NCBI GenBank assembly: GCA_030587475.2
Contig: JAUQYZ020000228.1
Coordinates: 1-16,940 of the forward strand
DNA: 16,940 bases
From: Candidatus Sigynarchaeum calidifontis
GTDB lineage: Archaea > Asgardarchaeota > Lokiarchaeia > Sigyniarchaeales > Sigyniarchaeaceae
Direction of reading: 5' to 3'
The notes below the pieces were generated by a model. The model saw nothing but the letters and a program-made list of their open reading frames with translations, made no database searches and was not told the origin of the DNA. This document shows positions 1 to 7,660 of this stretch, piece after piece; positions within the stretch are counted from its first letter, which is position 1; each line of letters starts with the position of its first letter. The position numbers and the translations under genes are program-made.

Positions 1-379
1 ACAACAAGTATACCCCGATCGAGCTCGTCTTGATCTTGAATTCCTTGTTCAATTTCGCCGAGCTGAATCCGCCCAGGAACACGCCGAGCATCGTGAGCAT
101 GATACTACCCGGGATGGCAACAGCAAGCGTCGTGGAGAACAAGGCATTCCACAACGCATCTACCATGTCACGCGTGTGGCATGCGACGCAAAACCCATAG
201 GCCGGCGGGCCACCGGCACTGATAAAAAGTGCTTGAAACAGCGCCGCAAGAAAACCGATCAATACACCAAGAAACACGGGCTTTTTCGCGAGTTTACCAA
301 ACAAAGAGACAATTCCTTTTTTCTCTGTTTTAACGTTGTTGCTTGCTAACGTGGATTGATTTATTCCATCTTGTGCCAT
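1..379 (-). CDS. YeeE/YedE-family (sulfur/selenium transport) membrane protein, runs off the left edge
   Basis: Not in the ORF track; hand translation from ATG 379 gives MAQDGINQ...KKPVFLGVLIGFLAALFQALFISAGGPPAYGFCVACHTRDMVDALWN...LTMLGVFLGGFSSAKLNKEFKIK. Hydrophobic helices plus the G-x-C-x-A-C-x-x-R-D motif are typical of YedE-like proteins. AAGGTGA SD upstream. Confidence 0.75.
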   Translation of the reverse strand, partial: MAQDGINQSTLASNNVKTEKKGIVSLFGKLAKKPVFLGVLIGFLAALFQALFISAGGPPAYGFCVACHTRDMVDALWNALFSTTLAVAIPGSIMLTMLGVFLGGFSSAKLNKEFKIKTSSIGVYLL

Positions 380-431
380 GGAATGTTCACCTTTTATGGT
401 AAAGGTAAAAATAAGAATATCCAATCGACTA

Positions 432-451
432 TTAAGATTTCCTTATCTTAA
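432..451. promoter_or_regulatory. Perfect palindrome TTAAGAT-N6-ATCTTAA, candidate operator in the divergent yedE-like/mop intergenic region
   Basis: TTAAGAT at 432-438 and ATCTTAA at 445-451, read directly. Confidence 0.45.
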
Positions 452-536
452 CGGGGATACAAAACATAATATTTTCTAGAGTGAAGATTTTCACCATAAG
501 GTTAGATGATATAGTGAAGGATTCAGGTGCACGAGC

Positions 537-746
537 ATGAAATATGGCGCACGAAACAAGATCAAGGCAAAAGTGATCTCTATCAAGAAAGGGGATGTCA
601 TGTCCCTCATCAAGTGCGAGGTGCTTCTCCCCGCGGAGATGGGCTCGGTCATCACGACGGAGTCATTGGAGGACTTGAATCTCAAGGTGGGCGACCAGAT
701 CACGCTGGTCGTGAAGGCAGTGAATGTATTACCTGTAAAAGAATAG
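537..746 (+). CDS. TOBE-domain molybdate/tungstate-binding protein (Mop/molbindin)
   Basis: 69 aa with GARNKIKAKV, SVITTESLEDLNLKVGD and VVKAVNV, the Mop signature. AGGTG SD upstream. Confidence 0.9.
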   Translation: MKYGARNKIKAKVISIKKGDVMSLIKCEVLLPAEMGSVITTESLEDLNLKVGDQITLVVKAVNVLPVKE

Positions 747-770
747 GTTTATTTCTCTCTCTTTTTTTCC
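747..770 (+). terminator. Oligo-T/pyrimidine-rich archaeal terminator after mop
   Basis: gtttatttctctctctttttttcc directly after the TAG. Confidence 0.5.
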
Positions 771-794
771 ACCACATCATAAAATGAAAATCAT

Positions 795-1184
795 TTAAAA
801 GTCGTGAACCAACGAAATAACTCTTGATAAAGTAGTTTCCAATTTCGCTCGCAAAGCTGCAAGGATGGCATTTGCTCGATGGCGATCCAAATCGATTTCG
901 ACGACATCTCCCTCGTTTGATGCTTTGCATATGCCCATGTTGACGTTGACACAAGTATGGCATTCGATACACGTGTTTGCTTCACGGCAAAGACGGACTT
1001 CATCGCGCATCGTCCTCGACCCGTACAGCGCTCTCGAGCCCCTTTCCTTGTCAATGAAGTACAAGAACGTTAGCTTTAAGGCTGCAACCGTGAACACGAT
1101 GTATAGTTTCCCCTGGGAGAAAAAAATATCATCCAAGCTTTCAATCGAAATGGTTTCGTTTGAGGAAATGTTACCATCGATCAT
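795..1184 (-). CDS. Hypothetical Cys-rich protein (C-x5-CxxCHxC-x7-C)
   Basis: 129-aa ORF filling the gap downstream of the reductase, same strand; contains CREANTCIECHTCVNVNMGIC. Confidence 0.6.
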   Translation of the reverse strand: MIDGNISSNETISIESLDDIFFSQGKLYIVFTVAALKLTFLYFIDKERGSRALYGSRTMRDEVRLCREANTCIECHTCVNVNMGICKASNEGDVVEIDLDRHRANAILAALRAKLETTLSRVISLVHDF

Positions 1185-1207
1185 GGTTGTTGCACTTGGG
1201 ACGATAG

Positions 1208-1216
1208 AAAAAAAAA
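1208..1216 (-). terminator. T9 tract after the double-cubane reductase gene
   Basis: A9 on the + strand, a few nt past the tandem TAA TAA stops. Confidence 0.45.
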
Positions 1217-1222
1217 GCTTTA

Positions 1223-2506
1223 TTATAAAGATTCCAGGAATGCCTCGACGCGTGTCTTGATCTGGGCTGCATCCTCGCTCGAGTAGTCCGTGTTGATGGA
1301 AAGCACCTTGAGGCCTGCCTTCTTGAGATCATTCTCGAGCGTGACCGATTCATATTGGTAGGGATCGCAGAACGACAAGGTGTAAAGCAGCACGCCGTCC
1401 GCTTTATACTCTTTCGCGAGCCGAACGATGTCGTCGGCACGGGCTGTGTTGGGACTGAAGCACGCGCAGTTGATCCCGAGGTACCGGTCGGCGAGACGCT
1501 CGATCAATTCATCCACGTTGTTTCCCTTTATCTCGTAGGTTGATTCGAAATAACGGGTCCCCGTGCACGTTTCCTCGCACACGACGATTCCCCCGCTCGT
1601 TTCCACGATGTCGTGGATCTTCCAGTTCGGGATCGCTTGTGGAGTTCCCGACAAGAGGATGCGCTTGGTGCCTTTCGGCACGACACCCTCTCCTTTCTTG
1701 ACACGGTCTTCGCACTCGGCGGCGAGCTTTCCCACCATCTCGATCTGGCGATCCGGATCATCGTAAAACGTGATTTGTGACACGAGCAAGCTATCCTTGC
1801 CGGAGATAGGCGGGGGATTTGCTTTGCGGGTCTCGTAGAGCCGCCGCAGCTGGGCACGTTTCTTGGACACTTTCTCCATGGCTGCCTTCAGGTTTTCCGC
1901 AGTGAGCTTCTTGCCCGAGACCTCCTCGAGTTTTTTCACGAGGGCCTTCAGCTCGGCGATGAAATGAGCGCGGGCTTGCGGACGGTTCTTGAGCTGTGGC
2001 GTTTCCATCACGTAAACGTTCTTTTTCTTGGCAAGGACTTCCCACGCTTTCTTTTTCCCATCACACGTGGTCTCGCCGATGAGTATATCAGCGATGGCGT
2101 AGTACGGGCAGATCTTCCCGAGACCGAAGCCGAGCGCCGACTTGATCAACGCGCACGTGTTCGCCGGGAGCAAGCCCTCGACGGCGAAATTCGAGAAGTT
2201 CGTGCCACCGCACAAGCCGATGCTCACCCCGTTCAAGGCGATGATGATCTCGTCTGGAACGTACAAGCAGAACGTCCCGACGATCATTTTACCATCCGCT
2301 TTTGCTTGCACGAGTTCCTTCACGCGTATACCGTGAATGTCACCAACCACGAACTCGAAAAACCCCATGCTTTGCGGGCGATTTTTCTGGGAGGTCACGT
2401 AGACTTGCTTATAGATGTCGGGCAAGACCGCGAGGAGCTGGTCGTGTTTTGCAAGATCAATTCCGAGTTTATTCCACATCTGGTGGTTTGCATCTTCTAT
2501 AGTCAT
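1223..2506 (-). CDS. Double-cubane-cluster-containing anaerobic reductase (DCCP; 2-hydroxyacyl-CoA dehydratase D/FldB family)
   Basis: Motifs GTFCLYVPDE, LCGG, NTCALIKS, GETTCDGKKK, EETCTG, INCACFSPN, FCDPY, TDYS, QIKTRVEAFLE. N-terminal 'W..LG.DL..HD.LL..LP..Y' and 'HG.R..EL' are typical of DCCP. Start moved to ATG 2506 because GGTGA SD precedes it. Confidence 0.88.
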   Translation of the reverse strand: MTIEDANHQMWNKLGIDLAKHDQLLAVLPDIYKQVYVTSQKNRPQSMGFFEFVVGDIHGIRVKELVQAKADGKMIVGTFCLYVPDEIIIALNGVSIGLCGGTNFSNFAVEGLLPANTCALIKSALGFGLGKICPYYAIADILIGETTCDGKKKAWEVLAKKKNVYVMETPQLKNRPQARAHFIAELKALVKKLEEVSGKKLTAENLKAAMEKVSKKRAQLRRLYETRKANPPPISGKDSLLVSQITFYDDPDRQIEMVGKLAAECEDRVKKGEGVVPKGTKRILLSGTPQAIPNWKIHDIVETSGGIVVCEETCTGTRYFESTYEIKGNNVDELIERLADRYLGINCACFSPNTARADDIVRLAKEYKADGVLLYTLSFCDPYQYESVTLENDLKKAGLKVLSINTDYSSEDAAQIKTRVEAFLESL

Positions 2507-2862
2507 ACAATCACCAATCAGCAAAATGATACCCATTTAAAAAACTCATCGATCAATAAGCATCCCTCATAGTAACACGCTTTTGATGATAGGCCATTGA
2601 CGATTTGTAGGTGACATGTTTTCGATCAAGATGCCGCAAAAATCACCGGACATGTCCATTCGATTAATCAATGCACGTGATTCGAAAAATCTTCTACAAA
2701 ACTATAAGGTTCTTTGGCCACTGCCATTAAGAAAAGCAGATCCGTGGATGACCATGTAAATTAGGCAAGAATCCAAACGAGAAGATCTTTTTTATGGCGA
2801 GCACGAATTAAGATCTTAGGACGTCTTTAATCTTGAATGCAGCTAGTCCTTCCCGTGATTCT

Positions 2863-3282
2863 ATGGCTGATCAAGCTCCTGCCGGCCAGGAAGTGCCCGT
2901 GAAGCGCGTTTCCATCAATAAATTCAGGGTACAATGTCCCAAATGTAAATCCTTCTACAAGTGCACTTTGGAAGATTATAACATCGACGAGCTCGATCAA
3001 GACGGCACGTTGACCATAGCACTACGTCCAGAATCGTGCAATCACTTTTTCCTCGTCTTTCTTGATGCCAAGCTGAACGCGAGGGACACCAGGTACATCC
3101 ACGATGCAAAGGTTTCGATTTCATTGATCCGATCGGATCCAGGCAATTTATTACAAAAAGAACGTGACCTCATCGACAAGCACAACGACGCGGTCGCCCG
3201 CAACGTTCACGCCGAGATCGAGGAGACTTGGCAAGAACTCAAGCGAATTCGCAAGGAGATCACGCGTCTCGGCCTGGATTAG
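2863..3282 (+). CDS. Lokiarchaeal-type zinc-ribbon protein (CPxC...CxHxF..FLD) with C-terminal helical hairpin
   Basis: CPKC...GTLTIALRPESCNHFFLVFLDAKLNAR resembles a family expanded in Lokiarchaeia. ATG 2863 is preceded by GTGA. Confidence 0.7.
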   Translation: MADQAPAGQEVPVKRVSINKFRVQCPKCKSFYKCTLEDYNIDELDQDGTLTIALRPESCNHFFLVFLDAKLNARDTRYIHDAKVSISLIRSDPGNLLQKERDLIDKHNDAVARNVHAEIEETWQELKRIRKEITRLGLD

Positions 3283-3283
3283 A

Positions 3284-4879
3284 CTAATTTTCAGGAATGC
3301 GTGGCTCGATGAACAGATGCAAGATCGACAAAGGCTTTCTTAGTCTATTCCGCTCGGTTTTTTCGAGGGGAGCGGCACGGATGCCGTGATGCTCGAGCCG
3401 GGGATAAAACGACGCCACTCGCGTCTTGAACGAAGGATAATCCTTCAACTGCCCGGGCGTCCAGCCGGTCTCGGCGGCAGCAAGGAGCCGCGGGAACAGT
3501 TGCCAGTGCAAGCGCCTCGTGTTCCGCACCCACTCGGTCCACAGCGGGACCTCGATGCCGAGCACGTTCTCTTGCTGGTCGGCCGGTAAACCTTTGGGAA
3601 CCGGGTCAAACTTGTATACCATGTCCAGGGGCAAGAGTACATAGTCGTGATCGAGATACACGCTGAAGAACGGCGACATGACGAACTTGCGACCCTTGGC
3701 GAGGTATGGCAAGATTTTTTTCGTGCGCCCCGTCCAGAACTGCACGATGTCGCCGGTTGCGAGCTGTGCACCAAGGATCTCGTTCCATCCCATCAAAGAT
3801 CTGCCACGATCGGCCAACATTTTCCCCACCCGGCTCGTGAAATACGCCTGCAGTTTATGAATAGACTGCAAATGTTCGGCTTTCCCGCGTGCCTTGCAAT
3901 CCGGGCATTTGTTCCACCGCGTCGTGGGTGTTTCATCTCCGCCAACATGGATGACTCTCGAGGGAAACACGTCGCAAAGCTCATCGAGCACATGACTAAC
4001 GAACTCGAACGAGCGCTCCTTTCCGATGCAAAGGACATCCTTTTTTATGCCAAACGTTGCAGGGACATCGAAAGGTCCACCTTGGCAGCTGAACTCTGGA
4101 TACGCGGCAAGGGCTGCAGTACAATGCCCGGGAAACTCGATTTCCGGGACGACCGTGATGAAGCGATCCCGCGCGTATGCGACGATCTCCCTCGCGTCGT
4201 CTTTCGTGTAATAACCCTCATGCGGCTTGCCCGATCGTCTCGGGCTGATATAACCGCCTATTTGCGTGTCCTTTCGCTTGGATCCGACTTGCACGAGGCG
4301 GGGATATCTTTCAATCTCGATGCGCCAACCCTGGTCATCGGTCAAGTGCCAGTGGAACACGTTCATCTTGATGGCTGCCATCACGTCGAGGATTTGCTTG
4401 ATGACCTCCTTCCCGAAAAAATGCCTCCCGACGTCGAGCATGAAACCGCGCCAAGGGAACCGGGGCTTGTCGACGATGTCGATGCACGGCACCTCCCACG
4501 AGTCCCGCTTCGGCAAGATGGCCGGATCATCTATGGCGGGATCGAGGAGCTGCCGCAAGGTCTGCACGGCGTAGAAAGCCCCTGCCGGCTCGGAAGCGGC
4601 CACTTCAATGCCCGATTCCGAAACATCGAGCTCGTAACCCTCCGCGTGCATACCATGTTTCAACCGGAACACGATCCCCCTTGATACATCGGCGACACTT
4701 GTTATGACCTTCACGGGCAAGACGAAGGTCGAAGCTTGGTTGATACAATTAGCCAGGAAGCTCGCCACGCGTTCGAAGGGCGGATTGCACGAAATGCAAT
4801 GTTGCTTCCCGATGACGAAGTGCCCGTCCTTGCGGGATGACCGCTCTGGCAAAGGGATGATGTTGACCATCTCTTGCAT
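3284..4879 (-). CDS. Beta-N-acetylhexosaminidase, glycoside hydrolase family 20
   Basis: GH20b N-domain (EGYELDV, GAFYAVQTLRQL), WRGFMLDVGRHF, NVFHWHLTDDQGWR, PEIEFPGH, catalytic HVGGDE, LWTE, FPRLLAAAE. No signal peptide. Confidence 0.95.
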   Translation of the reverse strand: MQEMVNIIPLPERSSRKDGHFVIGKQHCISCNPPFERVASFLANCINQASTFVLPVKVITSVADVSRGIVFRLKHGMHAEGYELDVSESGIEVAASEPAGAFYAVQTLRQLLDPAIDDPAILPKRDSWEVPCIDIVDKPRFPWRGFMLDVGRHFFGKEVIKQILDVMAAIKMNVFHWHLTDDQGWRIEIERYPRLVQVGSKRKDTQIGGYISPRRSGKPHEGYYTKDDAREIVAYARDRFITVVPEIEFPGHCTAALAAYPEFSCQGGPFDVPATFGIKKDVLCIGKERSFEFVSHVLDELCDVFPSRVIHVGGDETPTTRWNKCPDCKARGKAEHLQSIHKLQAYFTSRVGKMLADRGRSLMGWNEILGAQLATGDIVQFWTGRTKKILPYLAKGRKFVMSPFFSVYLDHDYVLLPLDMVYKFDPVPKGLPADQQENVLGIEVPLWTEWVRNTRRLHWQLFPRLLAAAETGWTPGQLKDYPSFKTRVASFYPRLEHHGIRAAPLEKTERNRLRKPLSILHLFIEPRIPEN

Positions 4880-4882
4880 CTT

Positions 4883-6313
4883 TCAACCATCCGTGTGCTT
4901 GATGCCGTTCACGTATCGTAATGCCCGGGCGACGTGCGAGATGTCGCTGAAGACGGGAATTTTCAGGTTAAAGAGTCTCGACGTGATGTCCTTTTTCACG
5001 GCATCATACCCGACATCCTCCGTGATGACCAAGATCGGCTTCGATACCAGCTGCTTCAACCGCCCGAGCATGGGTGGAAGCGCGGTCTCGAGGTGAACGT
5101 CTGGGCGAAGACTCGATGCGACGTAGAGAGGGGCTATTTCGAAAACAAGGCCGTCGATTGACGGATCTCCCAGCACCCGCTTCGCGATGGTTTCGATCTT
5201 GTCAACCTCGTAGATGAAGGCACCGACATCGATCGGGTTCCCGATGCCCGTTCCTATTGACGCGAGTTCACGACGCAGCGACGCTTTCAAGTTTTCATTA
5301 CCGTAGAAATCCGGCATCGTGATGCCGTGGCTCGCGAGCACGTCAGAGCAAATTACCCCGTAGCCACCGGAGAGCGTGAGCATGCACACGCTCATGACTT
5401 TTGCTTTGCCGTAGCACGAGACATATTTTGCAACGTCGATGAGATCTTCGAAAGTCTCGACGAGCAAGGCGCCGGCTTGGTGCGCTGCTGCTTGCCAAGC
5501 AGAAAAGTTGCCAGCAATGGCCGCCGTGTGGCTGCGTGCCGCCTTGCATCCTGTTGCCGTGCGGCCACCTTTAACAAGGATGACCGGCTTTTGGCATGAC
5601 TTCAGCAGTTGAATGAAATCTCTACCACTCCCTTCCGGGATGCTTTCCAGGTACGCCACGATGATCCCCGTTTCGGGATCGTCCTTGAAATAGGATAGTG
5701 CATCAAGAGCGGTTATGTCCATCGCGTTGCCGATCGACAGCGCCGTGGACACGGGCATTCCTGATGAAGCCAACCCGTGGATGAGCAGGTTGCAAAGGCC
5801 ACCGGATTGCGCCACGATGCCCGTGCTGCCATGCTCGACCGGCAAGGACGGGCGCCAGCGGATCCCGAGTCGCGGATAGTAGAGCCCCATGCCATTCGGG
5901 CCGATCACGCGGAGGCCATCCCCTTCCTCCTTGATAAATCTGGCCAGGTCCGCCTGGAGCTTCCGTCCTTCATCGGTGCCCGCGTCAGCGAAACCAGACG
6001 AGAAGATCGCCGCGAGCTTCACGCCTTTTCGGGCACAGTCCTTGACGACATCAAGCACGTGTTCGCGAGGAACTTCAATAAATGCGAAGTCGACGGGCTC
6101 GCTTGCAGGGATGTCGGTTACCCTGGCATACACGGCAACGTCTGGAAACCCTGGAATCGGTTCTGCAGACGGGTTTATCGCATAGAGTCTTCCCTTGAAG
6201 GAGTCGTGAAACGTTTTCAAGTACACGTGGTGTCTTTTCTTCGATGCACCTATGTCGGCGATCGACCGAATGCTGGCGATGCAAGAAAGGCCCTTGGGGG
6301 AGGTTGCGGTCAT
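4883..6313 (-). CDS. ADP-forming acyl-CoA synthetase alpha subunit (acetate--CoA ligase family, CoA-binding)
   Basis: IGAS, SSGFA, RVIGPNGMG, AQSGG, SIGN, YLES, KGGRT, phospho-His motif ARSHTAAIAG, SGGYGV, NPID. No ATP-grasp beta domain. Confidence 0.9.
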   Translation of the reverse strand: MTATSPKGLSCIASIRSIADIGASKKRHHVYLKTFHDSFKGRLYAINPSAEPIPGFPDVAVYARVTDIPASEPVDFAFIEVPREHVLDVVKDCARKGVKLAAIFSSGFADAGTDEGRKLQADLARFIKEEGDGLRVIGPNGMGLYYPRLGIRWRPSLPVEHGSTGIVAQSGGLCNLLIHGLASSGMPVSTALSIGNAMDITALDALSYFKDDPETGIIVAYLESIPEGSGRDFIQLLKSCQKPVILVKGGRTATGCKAARSHTAAIAGNFSAWQAAAHQAGALLVETFEDLIDVAKYVSCYGKAKVMSVCMLTLSGGYGVICSDVLASHGITMPDFYGNENLKASLRRELASIGTGIGNPIDVGAFIYEVDKIETIAKRVLGDPSIDGLVFEIAPLYVASSLRPDVHLETALPPMLGRLKQLVSKPILVITEDVGYDAVKKDITSRLFNLKIPVFSDISHVARALRYVNGIKHTDG

Positions 6314-6450
6314 GTCTGGTGGTCACTAATTTGAGCCGTGAACAATAAATGTACACTCTTGTCTCAAAATGGTTACCGAATATCATTATCGTATTGCTTG
6401 CTGAAGCAAAGTCTGATCGACCGGGAGCGATCTCGCTTGTTTGGAAAATC

Positions 6451-6479
6451 ATAATCATGACGCTTTTTTTTATGATTAT
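6451..6479. promoter_or_regulatory. Inverted repeat ATAATCAT-N13-ATGATTAT in a divergent promoter region
   Basis: Arms at 6451-6458 and 6472-6479; TATA-like TTTTTATA follows at about 6498. Confidence 0.35.
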
Positions 6480-6578
6480 CACAAGCACACCGCCATGTTT
6501 TTATACAAAATAGCAACATTGTTCGATGACAAAGCTCGGAAATATGCATCTGTCCTCTACTCCAACGAGTGAACTGCC

Positions 6579-7043
6579 ATGTCAACCGAAGATATCACCA
6601 TACGGTGGTACAAGGAATCCGATTACCCCGAAGTCGAAGACCTGGTTCGAAACCTCGCCCGGCTCTTCGATGACCCGTTCGATGCACGCTGGTTCAAGCT
6701 GTACATGGAAAAAAGGCTCATAGAAAACGTGCCCGGCTGCTATGTTGCGATCAAAGGTGGAAAAGAAGTGGTCGGGAGCATTTTTTGTGACATCCTCCGC
6801 GACCCGACCGGCTCGCAATACGGCTATATCAGCAACATCATGATCAAGAAGGATTGCCGCGGCCAGGGCATCGGCGAGAAATTGCTCAAGGCCGCAATGA
6901 CCTACCTTACAATTGCCGGCGTGCCACGCATATGGGCCAACGTGCGCGAGCAAACGGAAGCCATGGTGCACTTGTTCGAGAAGCACCAGTTCACGCGAAA
7001 ATTTGCGACGTTCGAGTATCGTCCCCCACCCCTTGGAATATAG
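6579..7043 (+). CDS. GNAT-family N-acetyltransferase
   Basis: YGYISNIMIKKDCRGQGIGEKLL acetyl-CoA motif A; N...A..LFEK..F motif B. Confidence 0.92.
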   Translation: MSTEDITIRWYKESDYPEVEDLVRNLARLFDDPFDARWFKLYMEKRLIENVPGCYVAIKGGKEVVGSIFCDILRDPTGSQYGYISNIMIKKDCRGQGIGEKLLKAAMTYLTIAGVPRIWANVREQTEAMVHLFEKHQFTRKFATFEYRPPPLGI

Positions 7044-7074
7044 CGAATCCTGCTCATGTTTCCCAACTTATTGA

Positions 7075-7088
7075 TCTTTTTTTTTCTT
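7075..7088 (+). terminator. Oligo-T terminator after the GNAT gene
   Basis: Long T run about 30 nt after the TAG. Confidence 0.5.
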
Positions 7089-7211
7089 GGATAGAGAACT
7101 GATTCTTGCAAGGTGCGGCGAGTAAAACATTCGAAAAAATGCCAAGATGCTTTTGAACGGCCTCCCGAAGCTTGAAGGTGTTTGCTTTATATGGCATACT
7201 TGGTGATCGAC

Positions 7212-7367
7212 ATGGATATGATCGACGAATGCATCGGCCGCGAATGTGTGGTGCAAGACCAGCATCGCATCGGACCTTATAGAAGGCGGAGAAGCGTGTC
7301 ACGAGACTTGGAATACCACTGCCGCGACGACCCCGAGCCATTTCACGAGCATTACGATGAAGATTGA
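7212..7367 (+). CDS. Small hypothetical protein (51 aa, charged, Cys/His-containing)
   Basis: TTTATAT at 7186-7192, GGTGA at 7202-7206, then ATG 7212: MDMIDECIGRECVVQDQHRIGPYRRRRSVSRDLEYHCRDDPEPFHEHYDED. Confidence 0.5.
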   Translation: MDMIDECIGRECVVQDQHRIGPYRRRRSVSRDLEYHCRDDPEPFHEHYDED

Positions 7368-7660
7368 AAGAAAAAGGGATGCGGGCGTTTACTTTACCGG
7401 GGCTTCCGGTCCATCGATTATCATGCTTGCTCGACTTTTTCCACACGAAATCTCACTTGGTGGCGGTTTTTTGTGCCGCTTTGCCCACCAGATGCGGATC
7501 TTGTCAATAAGGGAGAATATGACTCACGCCATAAATGGTATATCGGACGCGTGCCGATAAATGTTAAGCTTGTAACAGATAAGTTCCGATTGATTACATT
7601 TTTCTTGTATTTTAGGGTTAACAATTTTCTAAAAAAGCACGCGAACCCTTGATCTTCTTC

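Noticed and set aside
950-975. CxxCH read as a c-type heme site (also CVACH in the YedE-like protein)
   Set aside because: The small protein has no export signal, and in YedE the CxxC is part of the family motif, so a cytochrome c call is unsupported.
2616-2759. 47-codon ORF preceded by AGGTGA
   Set aside because: SD only 1 nt from the ATG, unremarkable peptide, lies in a divergent promoter region; cannot be supported.
3647-4684. 345-aa plus-strand ORF (likewise 1964-2572, 5777-6334, 10387-10974, 14904-15665)
   Set aside because: Antisense to clearly identified genes; no independent coding signal.
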